A DNA stretch of 19,456 nucleotides. Source: Acidobacteriota bacterium. GTDB taxonomy: Bacteria; Acidobacteriota; Thermoanaerobaculia; Multivoradales; UBA5704. Shown one piece after another: positions 1 to 7,796 of this stretch (positions within the stretch are counted from its first letter, which is position 1; the number at the start of each line of letters is the position of its first letter). The notes under the pieces are model-generated. The model did not search any database and was not told the DNA's origin. It was given only the letters and a program-made list of their open reading frames with translations. The translations under genes and the position numbers were made by a program. Location of the stretch: NCBI GenBank assembly GCA_040005235.1, contig JBDTZG010000081.1, positions 1-19,456 on the forward strand, in the 5' to 3' direction.

Positions 1-488
1 TAGCTGTCCAGCTCGGTGAGCGCGCTCGCCGCCTGCTTCATCACTTCGGCCTTCTTCGATTCGGTAATCGCCTTCCTGGCCTGCTCGATCTTCAGGCGCA
101 GCTTCTCTTTGATGTCTTCGACCGAGATCTTGGCGTTGTCGAAGGCGCGGGACGAGGCGGCCAGCTGGTCCTCGGTCGCGGCCAGCTCCTGGCGAGTTGA
201 CTGGAGCGCCACGGCGTCCTGTTCGGCCAGACGGCGCGCCTCGGGGCTGCCGTCCCGGAGTGCGGCCTGGATCGACGCGGTGAGCTGCTTTTCCTTCCGC
301 GCCAGATTGTCGCGACCCTGCTCCAGCTGGATCACGGTGGCGCGCGTGGTGATCAGCACCTGGTTCAGGCGGGGCATTGTGTTGCGCATCTCCTCGATCG
401 ATTCCTGGAGCATGACCTCCGGATCTTCGGCAAAGGAGATGAAGAAGCCGATCCACGATTTGAAGACACGGGCAAGGCGGCGGAACAT
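1..488 (-). CDS. pspA: PspA/IM30 (ESCRT-III-like) family protein, 3' end outside the window
   Basis: Not in the ORF track. Manual translation from ATG 488 (GAGGAG RBS upstream) gives MFRRLARVFKSWIGFFISFAEDPEVMLQESIEEMRNTMPRLNQVL..., open to the window edge. It has an amphipathic N-helix, the EDPExML motif and a long coiled coil, typical of PspA/Vipp1. Confidence 0.88.
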   Translation of the reverse strand, partial: MFRRLARVFKSWIGFFISFAEDPEVMLQESIEEMRNTMPRLNQVLITTRATVIQLEQGRDNLARKEKQLTASIQAALRDGSPEARRLAEQDAVALQSTRQELAATEDQLAASSRAFDNAKISVEDIKEKLRLKIEQARKAITESKKAEVMKQAASALTELDS

Positions 489-539
489 GGGAGTCTCCTC
501 GTTGGCTCTGACGGACTCGAAATCGCTCGATGAAGGTGA

Positions 540-558
540 CGAGCCGCGACGCGGCTCG
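540..558. repeat. Intercistronic inverted repeat (stem-loop)
   Basis: CGAGCCGCG-A-CGCGGCTCG is a perfect 9-bp inverted repeat between the partner gene and pspA. A T-rich tail follows only on the + strand. Confidence 0.6.
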
Positions 559-569
559 GGTTCTTTAGT

Positions 570-1328
570 TTAAGACGGGCCCTTCGCCGGGCCGGTGGTG
601 ATCGGGTTCTGATCGACGAACGGCGCCACCGCCTCGAACAGGCGCTGCTCTTCCGCCTGCTTTTGCACGCGCCAGCTTTCCAGGTTCGCGCGTTCCGCTT
701 CGAGGGCGCGGCGGTTCGTCTCCATGGTCTCGCGGTTCTTTCGGGACAGCTCGTCGATCTCGGCCTGGAGCGCCGCGTTCTGCCGTTCGGCCTCGGCCTC
801 GCGCGTGGTGAGCTTGCCGCGCAGGAACTCCTCGAACCGGTCGAGCGCCTGGTCGCGGCGCACGGCGTCCTGGATGACGTCGGAAAGCGGCACCGGGCCG
901 CCCGGGTTCATCTTCAAGAAGCCGCCGAGCGCGGCGGCTTTCGCCTTGCCGTCGAGCGGCGCGAGGTCGGGGCTTTCAAGGATCTCCAGGATCTTGAACG
1001 CCGAATAGCCGTGCGCCGGAACCTCGATCCCCGCGGCGCGGTAGACCGCGGCGAAATCAGGAATCTCGCTGGCCGCGGCGGTCGCGGGCTCCCTCTCCTC
1101 GCCCGCGGATGGCGCGGCGGCGTGTTTCGGAGCTTTCGCCGCGAGGGATTCGAGCTTGCGATCGTCCAACCCGGAGGCCGGAATCGAGGCGAGCAGCTGA
1201 TCGAGATCGGGGACGACCGCCCCTCCCGTGAGCTTCGGGGAGGCACCGGCACCGGGGGAGGGCGCCGCCGGCCCCGCGTTGGGCAGCTCGACAAGCTTCA
1301 TGCGCGACAAGACTTCTTTCAATCCCAT
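570..1328 (-). CDS. Uncharacterised protein with C-terminal coiled coil, upstream of pspA
   Basis: ORF 570..1394; the likely start is ATG 1328 (MGLKEVLSRMKLVELP) with a GAGGA RBS. A Pro/Ala-rich linker precedes a helical core (GYSAFKILEILES...IQDAVRRDQALDRFEEFL) and an E/R/Q-rich coiled coil. Confidence 0.75.
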   Translation of the reverse strand: MGLKEVLSRMKLVELPNAGPAAPSPGAGASPKLTGGAVVPDLDQLLASIPASGLDDRKLESLAAKAPKHAAAPSAGEEREPATAAASEIPDFAAVYRAAGIEVPAHGYSAFKILEILESPDLAPLDGKAKAAALGGFLKMNPGGPVPLSDVIQDAVRRDQALDRFEEFLRGKLTTREAEAERQNAALQAEIDELSRKNRETMETNRRALEAERANLESWRVQKQAEEQRLFEAVAPFVDQNPITTGPAKGPS

Positions 1329-1420
1329 GGTCAGGTTCCTCGCGAGTCGGGCGGATTCTATCTCGTCGCGGTTTCCCATACGATCGGGGGACAACGCGGT
1401 ACTTTCCTTGAGGTCTCCCC

Positions 1421-2224
1421 GTGGCCAATCCCAACTCGCCGAACCCCGAAATCGACGGCTCGAACGTCGGTCGCAACGACCCCTGCCCGTGCGGCAGCGG
1501 TAAGAAATACAAGAACTGCCACTTGAACGCCGACGGCGGACCGTACTCCGCGCTGGAGCGGGTGGAGAGCGGCATGAACGCCGCCCTCGACTGGCTCTGG
1601 ACCCATCATCGCCACGCGGTCGAAGAGGCGGTCGGCCGGCAATTCCTCGGCCGGCTGGACGACGACGAGGCCGCCCTGCTCGAAGAGCTGGACGACGAGG
1701 CGGACGACGCCTTCCGCGATCAGCTCGGCGATTGGGTGCTCGCGGAGGCGGCGTTCGAAGTCGACGGCAAGGATACGAACGCGGCGGAGCTGATCCTCGG
1801 CCCGGGCGGCCCGTCGCTCAAGCCGGAGGAGCGCGCCTGGATGTCGGCGCTCTCCGGCCGGCCCTTGAGCGTCTACGAGGTGCTCTCGACCCCGGATTCC
1901 TCGACTTTCGTGCTCCGCGAGCCGCTTGCGCCTCCGGTCGACGGCCGGGCTCCCGAGACCCGGGTCCAGACCGAGAAAGAGATCGTCGAGGCGGTCGAGA
2001 TCGGCGACCTGATCGCCGCCCGGCTGGTGCCGTTCGAGGACGGCTGGCACCTGGCGGCCGCTCTTTTCCCGCTCGAACCGGAGGATCTCGACGAGCTGCG
2101 GCCGTACGCCGCCGAAGGCTCCGATTCGCTCTCGGCCGAGCTGTCGTCGATCTTCCTGGAGCTGGTGCTCGAATCGGCCGAGGAAGACGAAGAGGGACAA
2201 GAGGGAGACGAAGCCGCGAGCTGA
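1421..2224 (+). CDS. SEC-C metal-binding motif protein
   Basis: N-terminal GRNDPCPCGSGKKYKNCH (canonical SEC-C motif); GTG start with GAGGT RBS; very acidic remainder. Confidence 0.85.
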   Translation: MANPNSPNPEIDGSNVGRNDPCPCGSGKKYKNCHLNADGGPYSALERVESGMNAALDWLWTHHRHAVEEAVGRQFLGRLDDDEAALLEELDDEADDAFRDQLGDWVLAEAAFEVDGKDTNAAELILGPGGPSLKPEERAWMSALSGRPLSVYEVLSTPDSSTFVLREPLAPPVDGRAPETRVQTEKEIVEAVEIGDLIAARLVPFEDGWHLAAALFPLEPEDLDELRPYAAEGSDSLSAELSSIFLELVLESAEEDEEGQEGDEAAS

Positions 2225-2240
2225 ACGCCCGCAATCTCTG

Positions 2241-2258
2241 CTGACAACACGCTGTCAG
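2241..2258. promoter_or_regulatory. Palindromic operator CTGACA-N6-TGTCAG, probable site of the YafY/WYL regulator
   Basis: Perfect 6-bp arms (2241-2246 and 2253-2258) lie 67 nt upstream of the DinB-family start. The assignment to YafY is inferred from gene context and the recalled TGACA/TGTCA motif at WYL targets. Confidence 0.6.
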
Positions 2259-2282
2259 GAGGGGTGCGCGACACTCCTCGGT

Positions 2283-2307
2283 GCGCCGATGGAAGGCCCA
2301 TCGGCGC
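2283..2307 (+). other. 5' leader hairpin of the DinB-family gene
   Basis: GCGCCGATGG-aaggc-CCATCGGCGC is a perfect 10-bp stem ending 3 nt before the GAGGAG RBS (2311-2316). Confidence 0.55.
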
Positions 2308-2325
2308 TCCGAGGAGACGATTCCC

Positions 2326-2802
2326 ATGGACTTGAAGACCGAAGCCCTGTACGAGATCGAAGCGACCGCGAAGTTCTGGAACCGTTCCACCCGCGGCCTG
2401 GCGGAAGCGGATTCCGGCTTCCGCCCCACCCCCGAGATGATGACCGTCGCGGGCCAGGTCGCCCACGCGGCTCAGACCATCGACTGGTTCCGCGAAGGGG
2501 GCTTTGCCGACAACTGGATGATGGATTTCGAGGCGGCGCTCGCCGAGACCGCGAAGATCACCTCGCTCGCGACCGCCCGGACCTGGATGGCCGACGCCTG
2601 GGAGCGCCTGCGCCAAGCCGTAGAGGTATGCTCGAACGAAGATCTGGCGGCGAAGCTTCCCGACAATCCAATCCTGGAAAATCGCCCGCGCTATCACACG
2701 ATCGAAGCGATCGTCGATCACACCGGCCACCACCGCGGCGCTCTTTCGGTCTATGCCCGCCTGCTCGGCAAGACCCCGGACATGCCCTACGGCGAGGATT
2801 GA
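2326..2802 (+). CDS. DinB/YfiT-like putative metalloenzyme (not DNA polymerase IV)
   Basis: ATG 2326 with GAGGAG RBS. Motifs FRPTPEMMTVAGQVAH and HTGHHRGALSVYARLLG provide the His triad of the DinB four-helix superfamily. Confidence 0.88.
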   Translation: MDLKTEALYEIEATAKFWNRSTRGLAEADSGFRPTPEMMTVAGQVAHAAQTIDWFREGGFADNWMMDFEAALAETAKITSLATARTWMADAWERLRQAVEVCSNEDLAAKLPDNPILENRPRYHTIEAIVDHTGHHRGALSVYARLLGKTPDMPYGED

Positions 2803-2823
2803 TTGGGGCCGCGAAGCCCGCGC

Positions 2824-3651
2824 CTAGGCGCGGAGGGCTCTTAGAATTTCGTCCGGAGAGCCTGTGACGGCTTGGCGGAGGGCGGATTCGAGAACGGCCA
2901 GGGAGTTGGAGTTGCTCAGAGCGGACTGCAGGTCGCCGTCCAGCACGAGACCGCGGCCGGCAAAAATCGCAACGATCGCTTTGCGCAGGCCCTCCATCTC
3001 CCCTGCCGCCCGGCCCTCCATTTCCCCTGCCGCTCGGCCCTCGGTCTCCCCTTCAGCTCGGACCTGGTCCAAATTCTCGTACCCTTGGCGTTCTAGAAGA
3101 TTGCGAAAAATCACCCGGTTCGCCACTTCGCGGTCGTAGAGGGCCTCGACCGGGACCGGATTGGCAAGGACTCCAGGCGCCACGAGTTGCTCCCCCGGAT
3201 TTGCGATGCGCATTCTCATCTTCGGCTGATGCACCTCCACCCGCCGGGGGCCGATCAACCGCACTACCCACACATAGCGGGTACCCGCGGCGAAAAGTTC
3301 TTGAATCTTGATTCGCAGCTCCGCTTCATCCTGGCCGGTGTCGGCGTACTCGACCGCCAGAGACGGTACGCCCTGAACCCAGCCCGGCTGATCAGGCATC
3401 TCGCCGACGGAAAGGTCAGGGGCACGGAGGATCTCCGGGGAGGGAGAAAAGCCGACATCTACCCCAACGTGCTCAACCGCCGGATCGCTCGCCAGAACTC
3501 CGCCCCCCACATTCGTCGCCCTTCCTCCCCGGCTGCCGGTCGGAAGGCACTGGATCGGGTGGCCGTTCGACAGCTCGTACGGATCGCCGGGATGAAGCTG
3601 ATCCGCTCGAAAGGGTCCTCGGTTCTCAAGTTGATACGCCTTCTTCATCAT
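2824..3651 (-). CDS. Uma2 (DUF820) family PD-(D/E)XK-like endonuclease with C-terminal helical repeats
   Basis: Motifs YELSNG, RAPDLSV, PSLAVEYAD and AGTRYVWVV. The likely start is ATG 3651, with a TATCCT -10-like hexamer 6 nt upstream. Confidence 0.85.
   Translation of the reverse strand: MMKKAYQLENRGPFRADQLHPGDPYELSNGHPIQCLPTGSRGGRATNVGGGVLASDPAVEHVGVDVGFSPSPEILRAPDLSVGEMPDQPGWVQGVPSLAVEYADTGQDEAELRIKIQELFAAGTRYVWVVRLIGPRRVEVHQPKMRMRIANPGEQLVAPGVLANPVPVEALYDREVANRVIFRNLLERQGYENLDQVRAEGETEGRAAGEMEGRAAGEMEGLRKAIVAIFAGRGLVLDGDLQSALSNSNSLAVLESALRQAVTGSPDEILRALRA
2988..3052. repeat. 24-bp coding tandem repeat (about 2.7 copies) in the Uma2 gene
   Basis: GGCCCTCCATCTCCCCTGCCGCCC / GGCCCTCCATTTCCCCTGCCGCTC / GGCCCTCGGTCTCCCCT; encodes GETEGRAA-GEMEGRAA-GEMEG. 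Confidence 0.85.
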
Positions 3652-3716
3652 AGGGAAAGGATACAGCACCTGCCCGCCGTCCTCCACGGCGAAGACGGTG
3701 AGGATGCATCGAAACC

Positions 3717-4409
3717 CTATCCCCGCCAGGGATCCGCCGCCTCCATCCGGGCGACGAACTCGGCGAGCGTCTTACCCGGCTCGGGGGAGAAAACCTCCGC
3801 CAGGGTCTCGTGGTCGAGCACCCGATCGAGCCGGAAGCTGCGGAAATCGCATCGCACCTCGCACCAGGCAATCAGCAGCCAAAGCGGCGGATAAAACGAC
3901 AGGGCCAGAGGCCGGACGCTGCGTTCGGTCTCGGCCCCCGCCTCGTCGCGATAGCGGATGCGCACCATCCGGCGATCCCGAACCGCCAGCCGGAACACCG
4001 AAAGCGGCAGGCGCTCGGCCGGCCTCTGGCCATGGATCGGAGCGAACAGCCGCGTCTCTTCGATCAGGTGGGAACGGCCGCGCGGCAACACCGCCTGGAT
4101 CTTCGCCAAAGCCTCGGTCGCGGCCTGGGCCAGCCGCTCGTCACCCCAGCCCTCCACCACCCGCGCGCCGAGCACCATCGCCTCCACCTCGTCGCGGTCG
4201 AACATCAAAGGGGGAAGATCCACCCCCTGCAACCGATAGCCGACGCCGGCCTCCCCCTCGATCGGCATTCCCGAAGCGGTGAGATCCGCGATGTCGCGAT
4301 AGATCGTCCGCTCGGAAACTTCCAAATCCCGAGCCAGCCGCGCGGCGGTCACCACCCGGCCGGGGCGCAGGCGGAGCAGCAGGCGAAACAGTCGATCGGC
4401 GCGGCGCAT
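3717..4409 (-). CDS. yafY: YafY-family HTH-WYL transcriptional regulator
   Basis: MRRADRLF start (ATG 4409), HTH LARDLEVSERTIYRDI, GEAGVGYRL, LPPLMF, and the WYL domain WLLIAWCEVRCDFRSFRLDRV. Confidence 0.92.
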   Translation of the reverse strand: MRRADRLFRLLLRLRPGRVVTAARLARDLEVSERTIYRDIADLTASGMPIEGEAGVGYRLQGVDLPPLMFDRDEVEAMVLGARVVEGWGDERLAQAATEALAKIQAVLPRGRSHLIEETRLFAPIHGQRPAERLPLSVFRLAVRDRRMVRIRYRDEAGAETERSVRPLALSFYPPLWLLIAWCEVRCDFRSFRLDRVLDHETLAEVFSPEPGKTLAEFVARMEAADPWRG

Positions 4410-4519
4410 GGGGCGGGGCAAACCCTACCACCGCGGGCATGTTGAATCGGGTCTTTCCTGGAGGAGGGTGGGCTACCATAAGGCCATGCTGAAACGATGA
4501 GGCTGCGTCAGGAGGTCGT

Positions 4520-6124
4520 CTAGCCAGTCATTCCGCCTCGCCGCATGCGCAAGACTCCCGCAACGAACACCAACGCGAACAGAACAACCAAACCGACCTG
4601 CGACAACGTCGGCACCTCGACCAAATCCAGCCCTGCCTCGACCGAGCCAAGGTCGACCGCCGGGCCGACGATCCGCGCAAAGCCGCGCTGGTCGGTCGCG
4701 GGCGGGCTGGGAATGGCAGGATCACCCGCATCGATCACCGGACTGCCCGAGAGCGGCTTGTGCGTCAAGGTCGGGCCGCCATTGTCGGCGAGGGGGCCCA
4801 GCCGGGGGTCGATTCCGGTCAGGTTGTGGGCTCCCACCAGAACCGAGGTTCCCGGCGTTTCGATCAAAGTGTAGTTGGCCGTAACCGTCGCCGGGAGCGC
4901 GCTGCCGGCCAGATCGTCGGGGAAGCCGTTGGCAAGAATCGAGTGGTCGAGCTGGACGATATTCGCCGCCGAGATGCTGACCACCAGGCCGCCACCCAGT
5001 CCGGCCGCGCGATTGTCGGAAACCGTAGTCAGACGCAAGAGCAAAGAGCCTGCGCCACTTTCGGAAAAGAAGATCCCCGCCGCGGAGGTGTTGGCGGAAT
5101 TTCCCGAGACCGTGCTGTTGACGAGCTGCAGGTCGTTGTTCTGGCTGAAGATCCCGCCTCCCACCTTCGCGTTGTTGCCCCAGACCGTAGTGTCGAGCAT
5201 CCGAATTTCGCCGCCGCCGGCGATGAAGAGTCCTCCGCCGGCCCCGAAAAGTCCGGAGGTGTTGAGGGAAATCGTGCTCGACTCGATCGTCAAGACTCCA
5301 CCAAAGCTCAGGTTGGTGTAGAGCCCGCCTCCCAGGGAGGCGCCGCTGTTGCCGGAGAGGTCGGAAAGGACGATCGAGTTGTCGCTCGCCGACGACAGAA
5401 GGGAGAGACCGCCGCCCGACGCCGCAATGCCGCCGGAGAGAGTGCTCTCTTCCAAGAGAAGCCTGGCGCCGACGATGCAAAGATTTCCACCGGCCTCGGA
5501 ACCGGTTCCCACCGCGCGGCCGCCGGTCACCCGACTGTTCGCGATGCGAAGCGTCACCCCGCCTCCCCCGGCGCCACCGTAAAGCGCCACGTTTCCACCG
5601 CATCCTGGGCCCGGACCCAAGATTCCCGACTTGCCGTCGGAGATCACGCTGTCCGTAATCGTCAGGTTCTCTCCGTCCGACCAGACCGCGCCGCCGACAT
5701 CGTCCGGATGGCCCGGAAAACCTTGTCCCCGAGTGAGGGTCAGACCGGAGAGGGTGACGTCGATCGGCGCGGAGGCGCTCGGGTTTTCGACGTAGAAGAT
5801 CCGGAATTGCTCGTTGCCGCTCACCGTAAGCACCCCGAGCCCGGGACCGTTCACCGTCAGAGGATCCGAGATCGCGATTTCGCCCGAGGTGAGGGTGATC
5901 GTTCCGGCGACCCCCGGCGCGAAAGCCACGTCGTCCGGCCCCGCCGCGGCGTTGGCGTCGAGGACCGCCTGGCGCAGGCTGCCGGGGCCGGCATCCGCCA
6001 GATTCGTGACCGTTAATGTGGCCGCCGCGGCGCCGGAAGCGATCCAAAAGGCGAGAGCCGGCGCCAGCGCCGACCTATAGGAACGTCGGGAGGGTTTTGA
6101 TTTCAAATCCGCGAGATCGATCAT
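4520..6124 (-). CDS. Secreted beta-helix surface protein with choice-of-anchor Q domain and IPTL-CTERM sorting signal (paralog 2)
   Basis: Signal peptide, TVTNLADAGPGSLRQAV, GGGI...STISGN repeats, DPRLGPLADNGGPTLTH...SPVIDAG...DQRG...DLGSVE, then EVPTLSQVGL, a TM helix and a basic tail. Confidence 0.88.
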   Translation of the reverse strand: MIDLADLKSKPSRRSYRSALAPALAFWIASGAAAATLTVTNLADAGPGSLRQAVLDANAAAGPDDVAFAPGVAGTITLTSGEIAISDPLTVNGPGLGVLTVSGNEQFRIFYVENPSASAPIDVTLSGLTLTRGQGFPGHPDDVGGAVWSDGENLTITDSVISDGKSGILGPGPGCGGNVALYGGAGGGGVTLRIANSRVTGGRAVGTGSEAGGNLCIVGARLLLEESTLSGGIAASGGGLSLLSSASDNSIVLSDLSGNSGASLGGGLYTNLSFGGVLTIESSTISLNTSGLFGAGGGLFIAGGGEIRMLDTTVWGNNAKVGGGIFSQNNDLQLVNSTVSGNSANTSAAGIFFSESGAGSLLLRLTTVSDNRAAGLGGGLVVSISAANIVQLDHSILANGFPDDLAGSALPATVTANYTLIETPGTSVLVGAHNLTGIDPRLGPLADNGGPTLTHKPLSGSPVIDAGDPAIPSPPATDQRGFARIVGPAVDLGSVEAGLDLVEVPTLSQVGLVVLFALVFVAGVLRMRRGGMTG

Positions 6125-6130
6125 CGAAGG

Positions 6131-7726
6131 TCACTTCTTGAAAATCGGAACCCGCATCCGCCGGATCCCAAAGAGGAGGAGCAACGCAAAAAGGACAAGC
6201 AGGCCGACCTGCGACAACGTCGGCACCTCGACGAGCGCCGCGCCTCCCTCGACCGAACCCAGATCGATCGCCGGGCCGACGATCCGCTCGGAGCCCCGCT
6301 GGTCGGTCGCCGGCGGGCTTGGGATGGCGGGATTGCCCGCGTCGAGCACGGGACTACCCGGAAGCGGCCTATGGGTGAGGGTCGGGCCGCCGTTGTTCGC
6401 GAGCGGACCGAGCAGGGGATCGACTCCGATCAAATTGTTGACGCCCGTGACGGGCGTGATCCCCAGGTTTTCGATCAGGGTGTAGTTGGCCGCCAAGAGA
6501 GTCGGTTCAAAGGAGTCCAGATCCTCGGGTGTTCCGTTGGCCAGGATGGAGTGGTCCAGCTGGACCGTTTCCAAGGGGTTTCCGGCCAGCAGGCCGCCCC
6601 CCCTCGTAGTCGCCGTGTTGTTGGAGACCGTCGTCAGGCGCAGGAGCAAGCCGGCGCCAGCGGAGAAGATCCCTCCTCCGATCCTCCCCTGGTTGCCGGA
6701 GATCGTGCTGTTGATGATCTCCAGGTTGCCCCCAACGGCAATCACACCATTGGTGATCCCGCCCCCGGAGTCCTCAGCCTGGTTGCCCGAGATCGTGCTG
6801 TTGAGGATCCGAACGTCGGTCTCGCCGATGGAGATCCCTCCTCCTTCGAAGCGGCCCGTGTTGCCGGAAATCGTGCTCGACTCGATCGTCAAAACCCCCG
6901 GGGTTCCGACGGATCTGCAGTCAACCCCTCCTCCGGAGGAACCGGACCGGTTGCCGGAGATCGTCGAGAGGACGATCGAGCTGCCATCTGCCAGAGACCC
7001 GCCAAAAAGACCGCCGCCGCCATCAGGCCCCGCATTGCCACTGGTGAGGGAGCTCCGGTCCAGGACGAGCTTCCCGGCAGCCACACAGAGATTTCCGCCA
7101 AAACCATCGCTGTAGCCACGGGTCAGCACACTGTTCACGATTCGGAGCGTCACCCCGCTCACGCCGGCGAAATTCACCAGAGCGACATTGCCGCCACAGA
7201 GGAAGTCCGGTGGATCTTTGAAAAAACCGGTCCTGCTGTCGGAGATCACGCTGTCGAGGATCGTGAGGTTTTCCCCGTTCGACAACACCGCCCCGCCGGC
7301 CAGACCCGAATGCGACAGAAAGGCCGCGCCATGGGTCAGCGTCAAGCTCTCCAGGGTCACGTCGATCGGCGCGGCGACGGCGGGTTTTTCGACGTAGAAG
7401 ATCCGGGATAGATCGTTGCCGCTCAGCGTGAGCACCCCGAGCCCGGGGCCGTGGACGACCAGCGGATCCGAGATCGCGATTTCCCCCGAGAGGAGAGTGA
7501 TCGTACCGGTCACTCCCGGCGCGAAGGCCACGTCGTCCGGCCCCGCCGCGGCGTTCGCATTGAGGACCGCCTGGCGCAGGCTGCCGGGGCCCGTATCCGC
7601 GACATTCGTGACGGTGAACGTCGTAGCCGAAGCGGCACCGGCAGAGATCAGAAAAGCCAGAGCCAGCCGCAGCACCGACGCGTAGGAAGGCCGGGAGGGC
7701 TGGGGGAGGTCGGCGGAATCGGTCAT
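6131..7726 (-). CDS. Secreted beta-helix surface protein with choice-of-anchor Q domain and IPTL-CTERM sorting signal (paralog 1)
   Basis: Same architecture as 4520..6124; GAGGAG RBS; ends EVPTLSQVGLLVLFALLLLFGIRRMR. Confidence 0.88.
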   Translation of the reverse strand: MTDSADLPQPSRPSYASVLRLALAFLISAGAASATTFTVTNVADTGPGSLRQAVLNANAAAGPDDVAFAPGVTGTITLLSGEIAISDPLVVHGPGLGVLTLSGNDLSRIFYVEKPAVAAPIDVTLESLTLTHGAAFLSHSGLAGGAVLSNGENLTILDSVISDSRTGFFKDPPDFLCGGNVALVNFAGVSGVTLRIVNSVLTRGYSDGFGGNLCVAAGKLVLDRSSLTSGNAGPDGGGGLFGGSLADGSSIVLSTISGNRSGSSGGGVDCRSVGTPGVLTIESSTISGNTGRFEGGGISIGETDVRILNSTISGNQAEDSGGGITNGVIAVGGNLEIINSTISGNQGRIGGGIFSAGAGLLLRLTTVSNNTATTRGGGLLAGNPLETVQLDHSILANGTPEDLDSFEPTLLAANYTLIENLGITPVTGVNNLIGVDPLLGPLANNGGPTLTHRPLPGSPVLDAGNPAIPSPPATDQRGSERIVGPAIDLGSVEGGAALVEVPTLSQVGLLVLFALLLLFGIRRMRVPIFKK

Positions 7727-7796
7727 CGAATGGCTCTCCTCGATGCTGCGTTCGCTGCCACTTGATTGAGTCTGCGCGGAAGCTTACTACTACCGA

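Noticed and set aside
16-573. 185-aa plus-strand ORF
   Set aside because: Antisense shadow of the pspA gene, which has an RBS and family motifs on the minus strand.
2326-2802. dinB as DNA polymerase IV
   Set aside because: Too short and lacks Y-family polymerase motifs; it is the DinB/YfiT helical metalloprotein family.
2988-3052. Possible CRISPR-like repeat
   Set aside because: Head-to-tail coding repeat without spacers; no cas genes.
4520-7726. Diversity-generating retroelement template/variable repeat pair
   Set aside because: Both copies are full coding paralogs, the differences are not adenine-specific by eye, and no reverse transcriptase is present.
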